The position numbers and the translations under genes were made by a program. This document shows, one piece after another, positions 51,582 through 63,280 of a DNA stretch of 64,000 nucleotides. This stretch comes from Octopus vulgaris (lineage: Eukaryota), in the NCBI GenBank assembly GCA_951406725.2, contig OX597817.1, positions 13,516,001 to 13,580,000 of the forward strand, read 5' to 3'. The notes under the pieces are model-generated. The model did no database searches. It was given only the letters and a program-made list of their open reading frames with translations, and was not told the origin of the DNA. Each line of letters starts with the position of its first letter. Positions within the stretch are counted from its first letter, which is position 1.

Positions 51582-51925
51582 CATCATCATCATCATTTAA
51601 CGTCTGTTCTCCATGCTAGCATTGGTTGGACGGTTCGACTGGGGATCTGGGAAGCCAGAAGGCTGCACCAGGCTCCGGTCTTATCTGGCAATGTTTCTAC
51701 AGCTGGATGCTCTTCCTAACGCCAACCACTCCGTGAGTGTAGTGGGTGCTTTTTACGTGCCACCTGCACTGGAGCCAGGCGAGGCTGGCATCGGCCACAG
51801 TCGGATTGGTGCATTTTACGTGCCACCTGCATGGAAGCCAGTCGAGGCGGCACTGGCTTCAGCCACAATTCGGATGGTGCTTTTTACGTGCAACCAACAC
51901 AGAAGCCAGTCGAGGCGGCACCTGT
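51582..51925 (-). mobile_element. RTE 3'-end fragment
   Basis: (CAT)n plus reverse 3' UTR; an older fragment also lies at ~50895-51205. Confidence 0.8.
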
Positions 51926-52164
51926 ACATTAATTCGGGAGCAGGTAATTTAGCTGATCAAATAAGTGACTCTTTATCATTGAATAATTTAGAACCATCCA
52001 TTTATTGTCATACAACCAACAATCTTTTTTATATGGGTTACACTTGAATCTAGTTTTCCATATTCAAACATAAATGATCTGTCACAATATTTCTTAGTTT
52101 TAGTCAAAATTATAAAAATGATGAAAATTCCATTTTCCAATTTTCTATTTTTCTCTTTTTAAAG

Positions 52165-52298
52165 CGGAATTTGCTGCACATGCACAGACTATAAATTGTC
52201 TTGCATTAGGGCACAAATCATCGGTGTTGGTTACTGGAGGTGAGGACAGAAAAATCAATCTTTGGACACTTTGCAAAGATGGGTACACAGCTATCATG
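52165..52298 (+). CDS. KATNB1: KATNB1 coding exon 2 (WD40 repeat 1)
   Basis: aaag|...|gtaggt; (P)EFAAHAQTINCLALGHKSSVLVTGGEDRKINLWTLCKDGYTAIM vs human [34 protein letters not shown]. Confidence 0.92.
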
Positions 52299-52395
52299 GT
52301 AGGTCACTAATTACTTATTTAATCAATGTAAAATTAATCTGTAAACTTTTCCCCCAAAATGCAACCTTTTCTTGTGTGACTCTTTTTATCCGTAG

Positions 52396-52513
52396 AGCTT
52401 ATTTGGTCATGTATCGCCCATTGAAGCTGTTCGGTTTGACCACTCTGAAGAAAAAGTTGCTACAGGAACACGATCTGGAACATTTAAAGTATGGGATCTA
52501 GAGACACTGAAAG
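52396..52513 (+). CDS. KATNB1: KATNB1 coding exon 3
   Basis: 118 nt, tag|...|gtaacg; SLFGHVSPIEAVRFDHSEEKVATGTRSGTFKVWDLETLK vs human [39 protein letters not shown]. Confidence 0.93.
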
Positions 52514-52647
52514 GTAACGTTTTCTATCACTTACAAACATTAGAGCAAATATTTAAATGTTTTTGGTAACTCTTTGCTATTTCTTCATTTATTGTCGTTG
52601 GTGTTTCACTTTAAAGTTTATGAAAGCAATGGTTTGACTAACAGTTC

Positions 52648-52911
52648 TACCAGTTCACCACCTTAATCATCATCATCATCATCATCATCATCATTTAGCG
52701 TCCGCTTTCCATGCTAGCATGGGTTGGACGGTTCAACTGGGGTCTGGGAAGCCAGAAGGCTGCACCAGGCCCAGTCTGATCTGGCAGTGTTTGGACTGGG
52801 CCTGGTGCAGCCTTCTGGCTTCCCAGACCCCAGTTGAACCGTCCAACCCATGCTAGCATGGAAAGCAGACGCTAAATGATGATGATGATGATGATGATTA
52901 AGGTGGTGAGC

Positions 52912-52916
<5 letters not shown>
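52648..52916. repeat. Near-perfect inverted repeat (~125-bp arms, 17-nt loop) built from an RTE 3' end
   Basis: Arms 52648-52776 and 52794-52916 differ by two substitutions and CAT-repeat number. Confidence 0.92.
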
Positions 52917-52951
<35 letters not shown>

Positions 52952-53229
52952 GCATTTATTTGGCAAGAAACTCAAAAGTAGCTACAGCTTGAGATAAACC
53001 TTTAACTTTAACGCTAGTTACCCAAGAACTCATCTATTCACTCAATTTTATGCCAAATTATATTCTCAGCTTTTCATCGTCTTTTTGGTGATAGCTATTG
53101 ATATATCAAAAAAAAAAAAAATACGACGTTGCACAAGTGAAACACTCTATCATACCAAACATTTCTTCTGATGCTATCATACCATCGCATTGTTATATGT
53201 CTTCATTATAAACTTGTTGATATTTCCAG

Positions 53230-53330
53230 TTCAAAAAACGTTTTATGGACACAGATCTGGAATTAAAAGTATTGCTTTTCATCCGACCGGAGACTTCATT
53301 GCATCGGCCTCTACAGATTCTAGTATAAAA
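53230..53330 (+). CDS. KATNB1: KATNB1 coding exon 4
   Basis: 101 nt, ccag|...|gtaagt; VQKTFYGHRSGIKSIAFHPTGDFIASASTDSSIK. Confidence 0.93.
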
Positions 53331-53528
53331 GTAAGTCGTCCAATATTATTTGGTGGTACCAACTTTTAAAGAAGTTTCTTGTTCTCTCTACTGAAACAGT
53401 TCATTCTTCATTAAGAGAAACTGCTCCGATTAAATCTTTGAGAAGTTACTCCAGAATAAACTGTTCACTGAAACACAGAGCTATGGTATTAATCAAAATG
53501 CTTTATAGATAAACAGTTATGACATTAA

Positions 53529-53970
53529 CCCTTTTGTTATCATATCTCTATTGAAATACAGTTTTCCTTTCAATTGATTTTAAAAATAATAAAGAACATA
53601 GTAACAAAATAACTTTGTCATTATTAAGCTGACATTAGGAATGCAAATTAACATGAAATTTTAATAGGAAATTTTAATTTAGAGCACATTAACCCTTTCG
53701 TTACTGTATTTATTTTGAGATGCTCTGTGTTTCTTTCAATTACTTTAAATATAACAAAGAATTTAGTAAAATAACTTAGTTATCATTCATCTAGGGTTAA
53801 GAATATGAATTGTGACTAAGGTTTGATGGAAGATTTTAATTCAAAACTTATGAAAACAAGACTTTTGTACTCAGAGTCCGTTTCAGCCGGGTTGGTAATG
53901 AAAGGGTTAAGACAGGAGGTTTGTATCATAGAAGCAATTATTGTCTTGGGCAGGTTGAGATTAAAGGGGT
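53529..53970. mobile_element. Older TTAA MITE with a younger family-1 MITE (53693-53906) nested inside
   Basis: Two sets of TTAA-CCC...GGG-TTAA termini. Confidence 0.75.
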
Positions 53971-54221
53971 TTAAATGTATTTTACAAATTTTATTTGGTT
54001 TCATTTTTGTGCGTTTTAACATTTGTTAACGGGTGCTGGCATGGCAGTGTGGTTAAATAGTTTGCTTCCCAACCGCATCGTTTTGTGTTCATGCCCTCTG
54101 CGTGACATCTTGACAAAGTCTCTTCTGCTATAGCCTCAGGCTGACCAAAGCTTCGTGAGTGGATTTGGTTGATGGAAACTGAAAGAAGCCCATCATTTAT
54201 GTGGGTGTTTGCATGCATGTG

Positions 54222-54553
54222 TGATGCCAGCGCTGCCTCGACTGGCTTCTGTGCCGGTGGCACATAAAAAGCACCATCCAAATGTGGCCAATGCCTGCGC
54301 TGCCTTGACTGGCTTCCGTGCCAGTGGCACGTTAAAAGCACCAACCGATCGTGGGCCGATGCCAGACTCCCCTGGCACGTAAAAAGCATCCACTACACTC
54401 GCGGAGTGGTTGGCGTTAGGAAGGGCATCCAGCTGTAGAAACACTGCCAGATCAGACTGGGGCCTGGTGCAGCCCCTGGCTTCCCAGACCCCGGTCGAAC
54501 CGTCCACCCCGTGCTAGCGCGGAAAACGGACGTTAAATGATGATGATGATGAT
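54222..54553 (+). mobile_element. RTE 3'-end fragment inserted in an old SINE
   Basis: RTE 3' UTR plus (GAT)n. Confidence 0.85.
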
Positions 54554-54936
54554 ATATATATGTGTGTGTGGTAGTATTGGGTGTGTATTTGTGTGTGTGT
54601 GTGGGGGGGGTGTATGTATATGTGTGTGTTTGTGTCTCCTTGTGTTGACCTTCTCTGATAGTTGTAAACATGTGTCACCATTATACATGTAGTGTTCTTC
54701 ATTCCCAATCTTCCATGAAAAATATGTCTGGCCATGGCGGAAATATGACCTTGTTTGGAAATGGGTGAGGCTTGGTGAAAGGAAGAGCGTCCAGCCATAG
54801 AAAATCTGCCTCAGTAAATTCCATACGACTCCTGCAAGCATTGGGAAGTTGACATTAAAACATTGATAATGGCAGCATTAGTGGTGATGTTGTTGTCATT
54901 ATTTGTGTGTATTATAACAGAAAGTTATAGAGCACT

Positions 54937-55470
54937 AAGGCGGCGTCCTGGCAGAAACGTTAGCACGCTGGGCGAAATGCGTAACCGTATTTCGTCCATC
55001 GCTACATTCTGAGTTCAAATTCCGCCGAGGTCGACTTTGCCTTTCATCCTTTCGGGGTCGATTAAAGAAGTACCAGTTACGCACTGGGGGTCGATGTAAT
55101 CGACTTAATACCTATGTCTGTCCTTGTTTGTCCTCTCTGTGTTTAGCCCCTTGTGGGTAGTAAATCATCTGGGGATGTTATCTATGATAAACACACATGA
55201 TGTCCAAGAGTACATATATTTCACATCCATATCTCACAAGGCGGCGAGCTGGCAGAAACGTTAGCACGCCGGGCGAAATGCGTAGCCGTATTTCGTCTGT
55301 CGTTACGTTCTGAGTTCAAATTCCGCCAAGGTCGACTTTACCTTTCATCCTTTCGGGGGTCGATTAAAGAAGTACCAGTTACGCACTGGGGTCAATGTAA
55401 TCGACTTAATCTGTTTGTCTGTCCTTGTTTGTCCCCTCTGTGTGTGGCCGCTTGTGGGTAGTAAAGAAAT
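54937..55470 (+). mobile_element. Two family-B SINEs (54937-55163, 55238-55470)
   Basis: Each has a full head and central domain. Confidence 0.85.
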
Positions 55471-56530
55471 AATTATTTGTGTGTGTTTAGTTGTTGAGTT
55501 TCTGTGTGTGTGTGTGAAAGAGAGAGATAGAGAGAGAGAAGGCTTAGAAGCTTCATTACCACCATTATGACTCAGCACAAGAGATTTCAGATTCATATAC
55601 AATGACAGGGGTGGAATCAGTTGGTTTACATCGGCGATCATAGGTACAGTGTTAATGAAGTGAAGTGGCTTAAATAGAAATTGAAACTAGATCTCTTACT
55701 TCTGTTCAGTTACCCACATACAATGTCTATTTAAAATGCGTTCTTTTTATTTTTAGAGTAGTTGTTTGTTTAATGTTGCATTTAGATATTTTATTTTTTC
55801 GTTCTAGGTTAAATTTTCAATCTTTTTTTCTTTTTGAGACTATATGTTGTATTATGAATTTATGGTAAATTTAAATTCTAAAACAATAATTTGAAAAATA
55901 TTTTATATTTTTGCTATAGCCTTTTTATATTGTACAATAGGAATTACATAAACAATAGCTATTATTATATTACTCAGTAGTCTGTCCAGTGTTACTGTGG
56001 GTTTTTTTTTTAATAGTTTTTTTTTTTTATAATCATAGATGGTTTTACTATTAAATGATAGCAGTGGTAGGTTTTCAATGCTGTACTAAATGCTTTAATG
56101 TAAGCTGGAGAGCTGCAACAGATACCAATCTGATTTGGCATGGTTTCTATGACCGGATGCTCTTCCTAATGCCAAATGTGATGATATACTAAAGATTTTA
56201 ATTTAGATATAAACACTTTAATATTAGCCATTTTGGGCAAGTTGCTATCATGGAACAAGGGTGTTTTCAAGTAGATTTGTATACAAGAATTTAAATTGTT
56301 AATATTCATGTATCTACTTAATCTTATTACATAATTATGAAATTTCAGTAGCTAAACATTCCATCCCATTTTAATGCAGTAACAGTTTGTTAGGCTGTTT
56401 TCTAAGCACCAGGTAAATATGTCAGTGAAAACAACAGAAGCTAGTTTGCTTCACTAAAGCCCTGAAAATTTATTGAAGCAAATAGTCATAATGACTATTG
56501 CACATGAAGAGAAAAAATCTTTGTTCCAAA

Positions 56531-56901
56531 TCATCATCATCGTTTAATGTCCACTTTCCATGCAAGCATGGGTTGGACGATTTGACTGGGGACTGGCGAA
56601 CCAGATGGTTGTGCTAAGCTCCAATCTTGATCTGGCAGAGTTTCTACAGCTGGATGCCCTTCCTAACGCCAACCACTCCGAGAGTGTTGTGGGTGCTTTT
56701 AAAGTGCTACGGGCATGAGGACCAGTCTGGCAGTACTGGCAACGGCCACGCTCTAAAATGGGGTTTTTTACGTGCCACCTGCACAAGAGTCAGTCCAGCA
56801 GCACTGGCAATGACCTCGCTCGAATATTTTGTTCACGTGCCACGTGAACAAAATATTCGAGCGAGGTCATTGCCAGTGCTGCTGGACTGACTCTTGTGCA
56901 G
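56531..56901 (-). mobile_element. RTE-related 3'-end fragment ending in a perfect palindrome
   Basis: (CAT)n plus reverse 3' UTR; 56779-56901 is palindromic. Confidence 0.8.
56779..56901. repeat. Perfect 123-bp palindrome (61-bp arms, 1-nt spacer at 56840)
   Basis: ctgcacaagagtc...ttgttcacgtg c cacgtgaacaa...gactcttgtgcag. Confidence 0.95.
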
Positions 56902-56959
56902 TTCAAAACTACTACATTAATTATTTTTTGACATAGTTAAAGCACGTTGGGTTACTTGG

Positions 56960-57362
56960 TCATCATCATCATCATCGTTTAACGTCCGTTTTCCGCGCTA
57001 GCACGGGTTGGACGGTCCGACCGGGGTCTGGGAAGCCACGGGCTGCACCAGGCTCCAGTCTGATCTGGCAGTGTTTCTACAGCTGGATGCCCTTCCTAAC
57101 GCCAACCACTCCATGAGTGTAGTGGGTGCTTTTTATGTGCCACCTGCACAGATGCCAGGGGTGGGGGTCTGGCATCGGCCACGATCGGTTGGTGCCTTTA
57201 ACGTGCCACCGGCACGGAAGCCAGCCAAGGCGGCGCTGGCATCGGCCACGTTCGGATGGTGCTTTTTATGTGCCACCGGCACAGAAGCCAGTCGAGGCGG
57301 TGCTGGCATCGGCCACGTTCGGATGGTGCTTTTTATGTGCCACCGGCACAGAAGCCAGTCGT
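56960..57362 (-). mobile_element. RTE 3'-end fragment
   Basis: (CAT)n plus reverse 3' UTR with subrepeats. Confidence 0.85.
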
Positions 57363-58004
57363 CAATGAAAATAATTAAAAAAACACAAAATATATGTATA
57401 AAAATATTAATACATTTTGTTATTGAAAACTTGGTCAGTAGATTCATTTGCACCATATTACTGATAGTAATATCTGTTAATCTGTTAGATTCTCCCCTGG
57501 CTTCCCTTTAACTGCAGTTGGATCACACAGATAAAAGCATAGTATTTTTTGAATGAGAGAATCTGAAGAAGCTATTGCAAGTGAGAGGGATCAACTGCCT
57601 CAATCATTAAAAAAATAAACGAAAATGGATATTTCTCTATTAAGGGATACCAAAGTTCTACATTTCAAATGTCTAATTTTCCTTCCTAGAATATCATAAA
57701 CTGGCAGCATAGAAGACGAGTCTTCTAGACTCATGCAATTTTACACGACTTAATTTTCTAGACATCACCACTGAAAAAAACAATTTTTGCTTAGGACTTA
57801 AAATATAGAGATAATGGAAAGATATTTTAAGGTCAGTTACTTGTCAGAACTGTGGAAGTAATTCTTGATACAGAAGGCTAGCATGAACCCATTGAAAATA
57901 ATGGATACTCTATGGTGACACTAACTTATGGAATCCATTCTCTTTCAATTTCATTTCAATTTTGTTGTATCTCTTTTATGTAATGTTTCCAATTTTCTTT
58001 CCAG

Positions 58005-58046
58005 TTATGGGACATTAAACGGAAAAGCTGCATATATAGATATAAG
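58005..58046 (+). CDS. KATNB1: KATNB1 coding exon 5
   Basis: 42 nt, ccag|...|gtaact; LWDIKRKSCIYRYK vs human LWDIRRKGCVFRYR. Confidence 0.93.
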
Positions 58047-58567
58047 GTAACTGTTTTAATACCTTTTTTTATGTACAGTATTGTTGGTAGTATCAATCAA
58101 TTTACCTGTTTATGTACCTTGCAATAACATCTGTTAATTATTGCCAGACACTTTCCTTCACCTATAATCAGACATCTAACAATTAAAAAAAAAACCCTTT
58201 TTTCTTGTTGTGAGGGTGGAGGCAAAATATGAAAAAGAAAGCCTTGCTAATGAGAAGTATCTACCATCTTTGCCAACCATTTTGTTATGAGTCAACAAGA
58301 TCTGTGTTACTTGGCTTGCTAAAAATAGCAGCCAAATCTTCCATGCATCATTACCCACTATATTACAAAACAAAAGTCACATTTGATATTGTAGTGCTAG
58401 ATGCATTACGACGATTCAATATAGAAGGATTTCATTGTCATATCTGGAAAAGCTTTTAATCATAAGTTTGTTTTATTAGAAGCAAACTTGAAGTTAAACA
58501 ACAAAAACTATAATCTTTCCTAAAGATAAACAACATAACATAAAGTATTTATATCATTTCTCCTTAT

Positions 58568-58880
58568 AATATAATAATAATAATAATAATAAAACATTGT
58601 GTACAGTGCTCAGGTGCACTACAACTCATCTAAAGTGTATATATAATCAGGTGTAGTTTTGGCGGATTTCGGAAAGCATGAGGGCCTTAAAGGATGCAGT
58701 GTCATGGCAGTCAACAACTGACGCAGGCAGTTTATTCCATGCTTCAGCAACTCTGAGTGTGAAAAAATGTTTCCGAAAGTCATGGGAGCTGTGTTGTTTT
58801 CTGACTTTGTAGGCATGTCCACGTGTGTTGGACACATGGAGATCAAAAAGGTGTTCAGTGTTGTTGTTGGTGATCAGAGA
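58568..58880 (-). mobile_element. CR1-type LINE 3' end
   Basis: NTRGHAYKVRKQHSSHDFRKHFFTLRVAEAWNKLPASVV matches the CR1 C-terminal TRGH...FFxxRVxxxWNxLP motif; (TTA)n tail. Confidence 0.85.
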
Positions 58881-58947
58881 AACTTTTTTGTTGTTTATCA
58901 GTTGCTTTTGTTTCTGTTTCTATAAATTATCAACTGATTTCTTTCAG

Positions 58948-59031
58948 GGCCACCAAGGTTCAGTTAACAATTTACAGTTCAGCCCTGATGGAGGCTGGAT
59001 TGCTTCAGCAGGGGATGATGGTATTGTGAAA
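58948..59031 (+). CDS. KATNB1: KATNB1 coding exon 6 (gene continues beyond the window)
   Basis: 84 nt, ttcag|...|gtaagt; GHQGSVNNLQFSPDGGWIASAGDDGIVK vs human [28 protein letters not shown]. Confidence 0.93.
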
Positions 59032-59049
59032 GTAAGTACAGCACAAGTT

Positions 59050-59449
59050 ATTACTCTCTTTTCTCTTTTACTCTTTTACTTGTTTCAGTCATTTGACTGC
59101 GGCCATGCTGGAGCACCGCCTTTAGTCGAGCAAATCGACCCCGGGACTTATTCTTTTGTAAGCCCTGTACTTATTCTATCGGTCTCTTTTGCCGAACCGC
59201 TAAGTGACGGGGATGTAAACACACCAGCATTGGTTGTCATGCAATGCTAGGGGGACAAACACACACACACATATATACATATATACGACAGGCTTCTTTC
59301 AGTTTCCGTCTACCAGATCCACTCACAAGGCATTGGTCGGCCCGGGGCTACAGCAGAAGACACTTGCCCAAGATGCCACGCAGTGGGACTGAACCAGGAA
59401 CCATGTGGTTGGTTAGCGAGCTACTTACCACACAGCCATTCCTGCGCCT
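59050..59449 (-). mobile_element. SINE family A, ~19 bp downstream of the exon 6 donor
   Basis: Full-length reverse copy. Confidence 0.85.
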
Positions 59450-59554
59450 ATTAGTTTTTTTTTTTATTATCAAATTACTTCCCAAACAACTGTGACTCCC
59501 AAAACTTCCTTAAATTTTTGTCTTGTCATTTTAGTAAACCCAGATGTCCTCTCC

Positions 59555-59772
59555 AAGGTGGCAAGCTGGCAGAAACGTTAGCATGCCGGGCGAAATGCTT
59601 AGTGGTATTTCGTCTGCTGCTATGTTCTGAGTTTAAATTTCGCCAAGGTCGACTTTGCCTTTCACCCTTTCGGGGTCGATTAAATAAGTACCAGTTATGC
59701 ACTGGGATCGATATAATCGACTTAATCCGTTTGTCCCCTCTGTGTGTAGCCCCTTGTGGGCAGTAAAGAAAT
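59555..59772 (+). mobile_element. SINE family B
   Basis: Full copy. Confidence 0.85.
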
Positions 59773-59991
59773 GAAGTACAAATTGGCTTTAAATTATATA
59801 ATTTTTGATATTTCATTGATATTATTTTTCTTATTCTCTCAGATGAGTGTCAGCTATTTTATCACAGAAAAAAAAAATAGAATCAATGTCAGCTTGTAAC
59901 TATTTTAATATATCTATTTTCTTGCATTCGTTTCTGAGGTGTAGCTACAAAGGTATTATAAACCACTACAAAGACATTGGTAAGGTAACAT

Positions 59992-60238
59992 GTCAAGAGT
60001 AAATACCTATTTCTTTACTACCCACAAGGGGCTAAACACAGAGGGGACAAACGGATTAAGTCGATTACATTGACCCCAGTCCGTAACTGGTACTTAATTT
60101 ATCGACTCCGAAAGGATGAAAGGCAAAGTCGACCTCGGCGGAATTTGAACTCAGAACGTAAAGATAGACTAAATACGGCTATGTATTTCACCCGGTGTGC
60201 TAACGTTTCTGCCAGCTCTGAGTCAAGAGTAAATACCT
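59992..60238 (-). mobile_element. SINE family B with a 17-bp TSD
   Basis: gtcaagagtaaatacct at 59992-60008 and 60222-60238. Confidence 0.85.
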
Positions 60239-61250
60239 TGTAGTTTTTAGCCATACCTTTATATGTTCTGAGTTCAAACCCTACCAATGTCAGCATGAGT
60301 CTTCATCTTTTGGGGGTCAATGAAGTAATTGATTAGTTAGGTACTAGGGTCAATTGTATCTCCTACCCTCCTTGCAAATCACTGGCCTAGTGCCAAAGTT
60401 AGAGCACAGTATTGTAGGTCGCAGCATTGTAAGGTTTCCTTTTCTTTTTTTAAATGCTTTGAGTTCAAATCCTGTCATGGTTGGCTTCGGCTTCCACCCC
60501 AGTGGGGTGCTGGCATGGAGGTGAGAGTGTGATACAATACATACCAGTAATACAGTAGGGATGATTCAGTTGATGATATTCCTTCTTGCCTACAATCTTA
60601 AAACCTTGTGCAAATATAAGAAATCAATATTTATTGATTAATATTGACGACTATTCTGATGTTTCCGTGAAGTCTCAGCGGGTGAAGAAGAAACAAGCTG
60701 CATGTACTTTTAACCTGAGCCAATGAAGGAACTACCATGTGGTTGCTGCTCCATCTGTTACAAGTAGCAGCCAAATGCCTTCTCAAATCATGAACAACCA
60801 TCTTGTGATAAGAACTCATTAAATAATGTACTCTGCGTTTAGGAGAATGCTGGTGTGGTCATGGTTGACCAGGACTTATCTGAGGCTCAACAACTGAATA
60901 TTAATCTTACCAGCATATGAAGCAGAAGCAGTATTATATTGATTCTCTTTGTAATCCAGATATAAAAGCTATAAAACTGCTTTATCACGAGGGAAGATTG
61001 AAAGAGTGTTTATTCTGACTCTGGTTTAGTGGTGTTAGAATAGAAGATAATGTCCAGTTTTTTAGCCAGTTGTTGATCATGTAATTATTGTACTACCAAT
61101 AGGTGTGGGTGTGGCTGTATGGGTAAGAGGTTAGGTTCCCAACCCTGTGGTCTTGTGTTCAGTCCCACTGCACAGCTTCATGGGCATGTGTCTTTTTTTT
61201 ATATCCCTGGGGCAACCAAAGCCTTGTAAGTGGATTTGGTAGACGGAAAC

Positions 61251-61700
61251 TTAACCCTTTTGATACCAACCCGGCTGAAACTGGCTCTGGCTCTGAGTAC
61301 AAATGCCTTGTTTTCATAGGTTTTGAATCAAAATCTTCCACCAAACCTTAGCCACAATTTATGTTCCTATCACTAACTGAGTGATAAAGTTATTTTACTA
61401 AACTCTTTGTTATATTTAACCCTTTCGTTACCAACCCGGCTGAAACCGGCTCTGGCTCTGAGTACAAATGTCTTGTTTACATAAGTTTTGAATTAAAATC
61501 TTCCACCAAACCTTAGTCACAATTTATGTTCCTAACACTAGCTTAATGATAGCTAAGTCATTTTACTAAATTCTTTGTTATATTTAAAGTAATTGAAAGA
61601 AACACAGAGCATCTCAAAATAAATACAGTAACAAAAGGATTAAAGTAACTGAAAGAAGCACAGAGCATCTCAAAGTAAATACAGTAACGAAAGGGTTTAA
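61251..61700. mobile_element. Family-1 MITE self-nested (inner copy 61420-61639), inside an old SINE
   Basis: Inner copy inserted at the outer copy's internal TTAA; SINE A sequence resumes after 61700. Confidence 0.8.
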
Positions 61701-62172
61701 GAAAGCCTTTGTGATTGTGTGTGTGTGTGTGTGTGTGTGTGAGAGGGAAGGAGTGAGTGAGAGAGAGAGAGTAGGTGTGTTTGTGTGTACCTTTACCATG
61801 ACATCCTGTGATGGTTGTAAATGAGTATCACCATCATACAAACTATGTTCTTCCATTCTTCCATGGAAAGCATGTCTGGCCATTGGGGAAATATTACCTT
61901 GCTTGGAAACAGGTGAGGGTTGGTTGGTGACAAGAAGGGCATCCAGTTATAGAAAATCTGCCTCAGCAAACTCTGTGTCCCGTGCAAGCACCAAAAGGTA
62001 GCTGCTAAATGTCATAACCCATTGGAGCATCTCTGAATATGTTTGTGTTGTGCTTCAAGTAAAGATACACTTGAATGGCTTCATTTGTTGGCTTTCTCCT
62101 GATTCATGGAATAATTTGAACTCAGGTTTTGTTAATTGCACCTCATAGCTTTAAATGGCAAACTGTCCTCTC

Positions 62173-62745
62173 CAAGGTGGCAAGCTTGCAGAAACATTAG
62201 CACGCCGGGCGAAATGCTTAGTGATATTTCGTCTGCTGCTACGTTAGATCATCGGAAAAATTGCTTTGCAATATTTTTGTTCCAGTTGGAATATTTTGTT
62301 CTGGCTGCAATATTTGTTCTGGTTGCAGGGCGGCAAGCTGGCAGAAACATTAGCACACCGGGCGAAATGCGTAGCCATATTTCGTCTGCCGTTACGTTCT
62401 GAGTTCAAATTTCGCTGAGGTCGACTTTGCCTTTCATCTTTTCGGGGTCAATTAAATAAGTACCAGTTATGCACTGGGGTCGATGTAATCGACTTAATCC
62501 CTTTGTCTGTCCTTGTTTGTCCCCTCTGTGTGTAGCCCCTTGTGGGTAGTAAAGAAATAGGTATTTCATCTGCCATTACGTTCTTAGTTCAAATTCCGCC
62601 GAGGTCAACTTTGCCTTTCATCCTTTCGGGGTCAATTAAATAAGTACCAGTTATGCACTGGGGTTGATATAATCGACTTAATCCCTTTGTCTGTCCTTGT
62701 TTGTCCCCTCTGTGTGTAGCCCCTTGTGGGCAGTAAAGAAATAAG
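62173..62745 (+). mobile_element. Tandem or partially duplicated family-B SINE array
   Basis: Head fragment, full copy and duplicated 3' portion. Confidence 0.8.
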
Positions 62746-62891
62746 GTACCTATTTACAGCTCTTTGGTTAAGAAATTTAACTAGACAGTTCAACTGTGAG
62801 TAATAGCACCTACATTTTACGTGACTAAGAGGATGATTAAACTATTGAAATCTGCTAACTTTATAAAATGTATAACAGTAAAGAAAACCTA

Positions 62892-63280
62892 GGTGCAGGT
62901 GTGGTTGTGTGGTAAGAAGCTTGCTTCACAACCACAAGGTTCTGGGTTCATTCCCACTGTGTGGCACCTTGGGCAAGTGTCTTCTACTGTAGTCTTGGGC
63001 TGACCACAGCTTTGTGAGTGGATTTGGTGGACGGAAACTGAAAGAAGCCCATTGTATATATACCACTGATGCATGTGTGTCTGTTCGTCCCCCACCACTA
63101 CTTGACAACCAGTGTTAGTGTGTTTACATCCCGATAACCTAGCGGTTTGGCAACAGAGATCAATAGAATAAGTACCAAGCTTAAATAAAAAGTACTGGGT
63201 TCAATTATTTTGACTAAAAATTCTTCAAAGGCATTGCCCCAGCATGACCACAGTCAAATGACTGAAACAAGTATTAAAAA
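62892..63280 (+). mobile_element. Older SINE family A copy
   Basis: Diverged full-length copy. Confidence 0.75.

Noticed and set aside
57008-57511. Recurrent 'LQLDALPNANHS' ORFs
   Set aside because: Antisense translations of RTE 3'-UTR fragments
58825-59250. 141-aa ORF
   Set aside because: Chimeric read-through of CR1 remnant, KATNB1 exon 6 and a SINE; only 58948-59031 is coding
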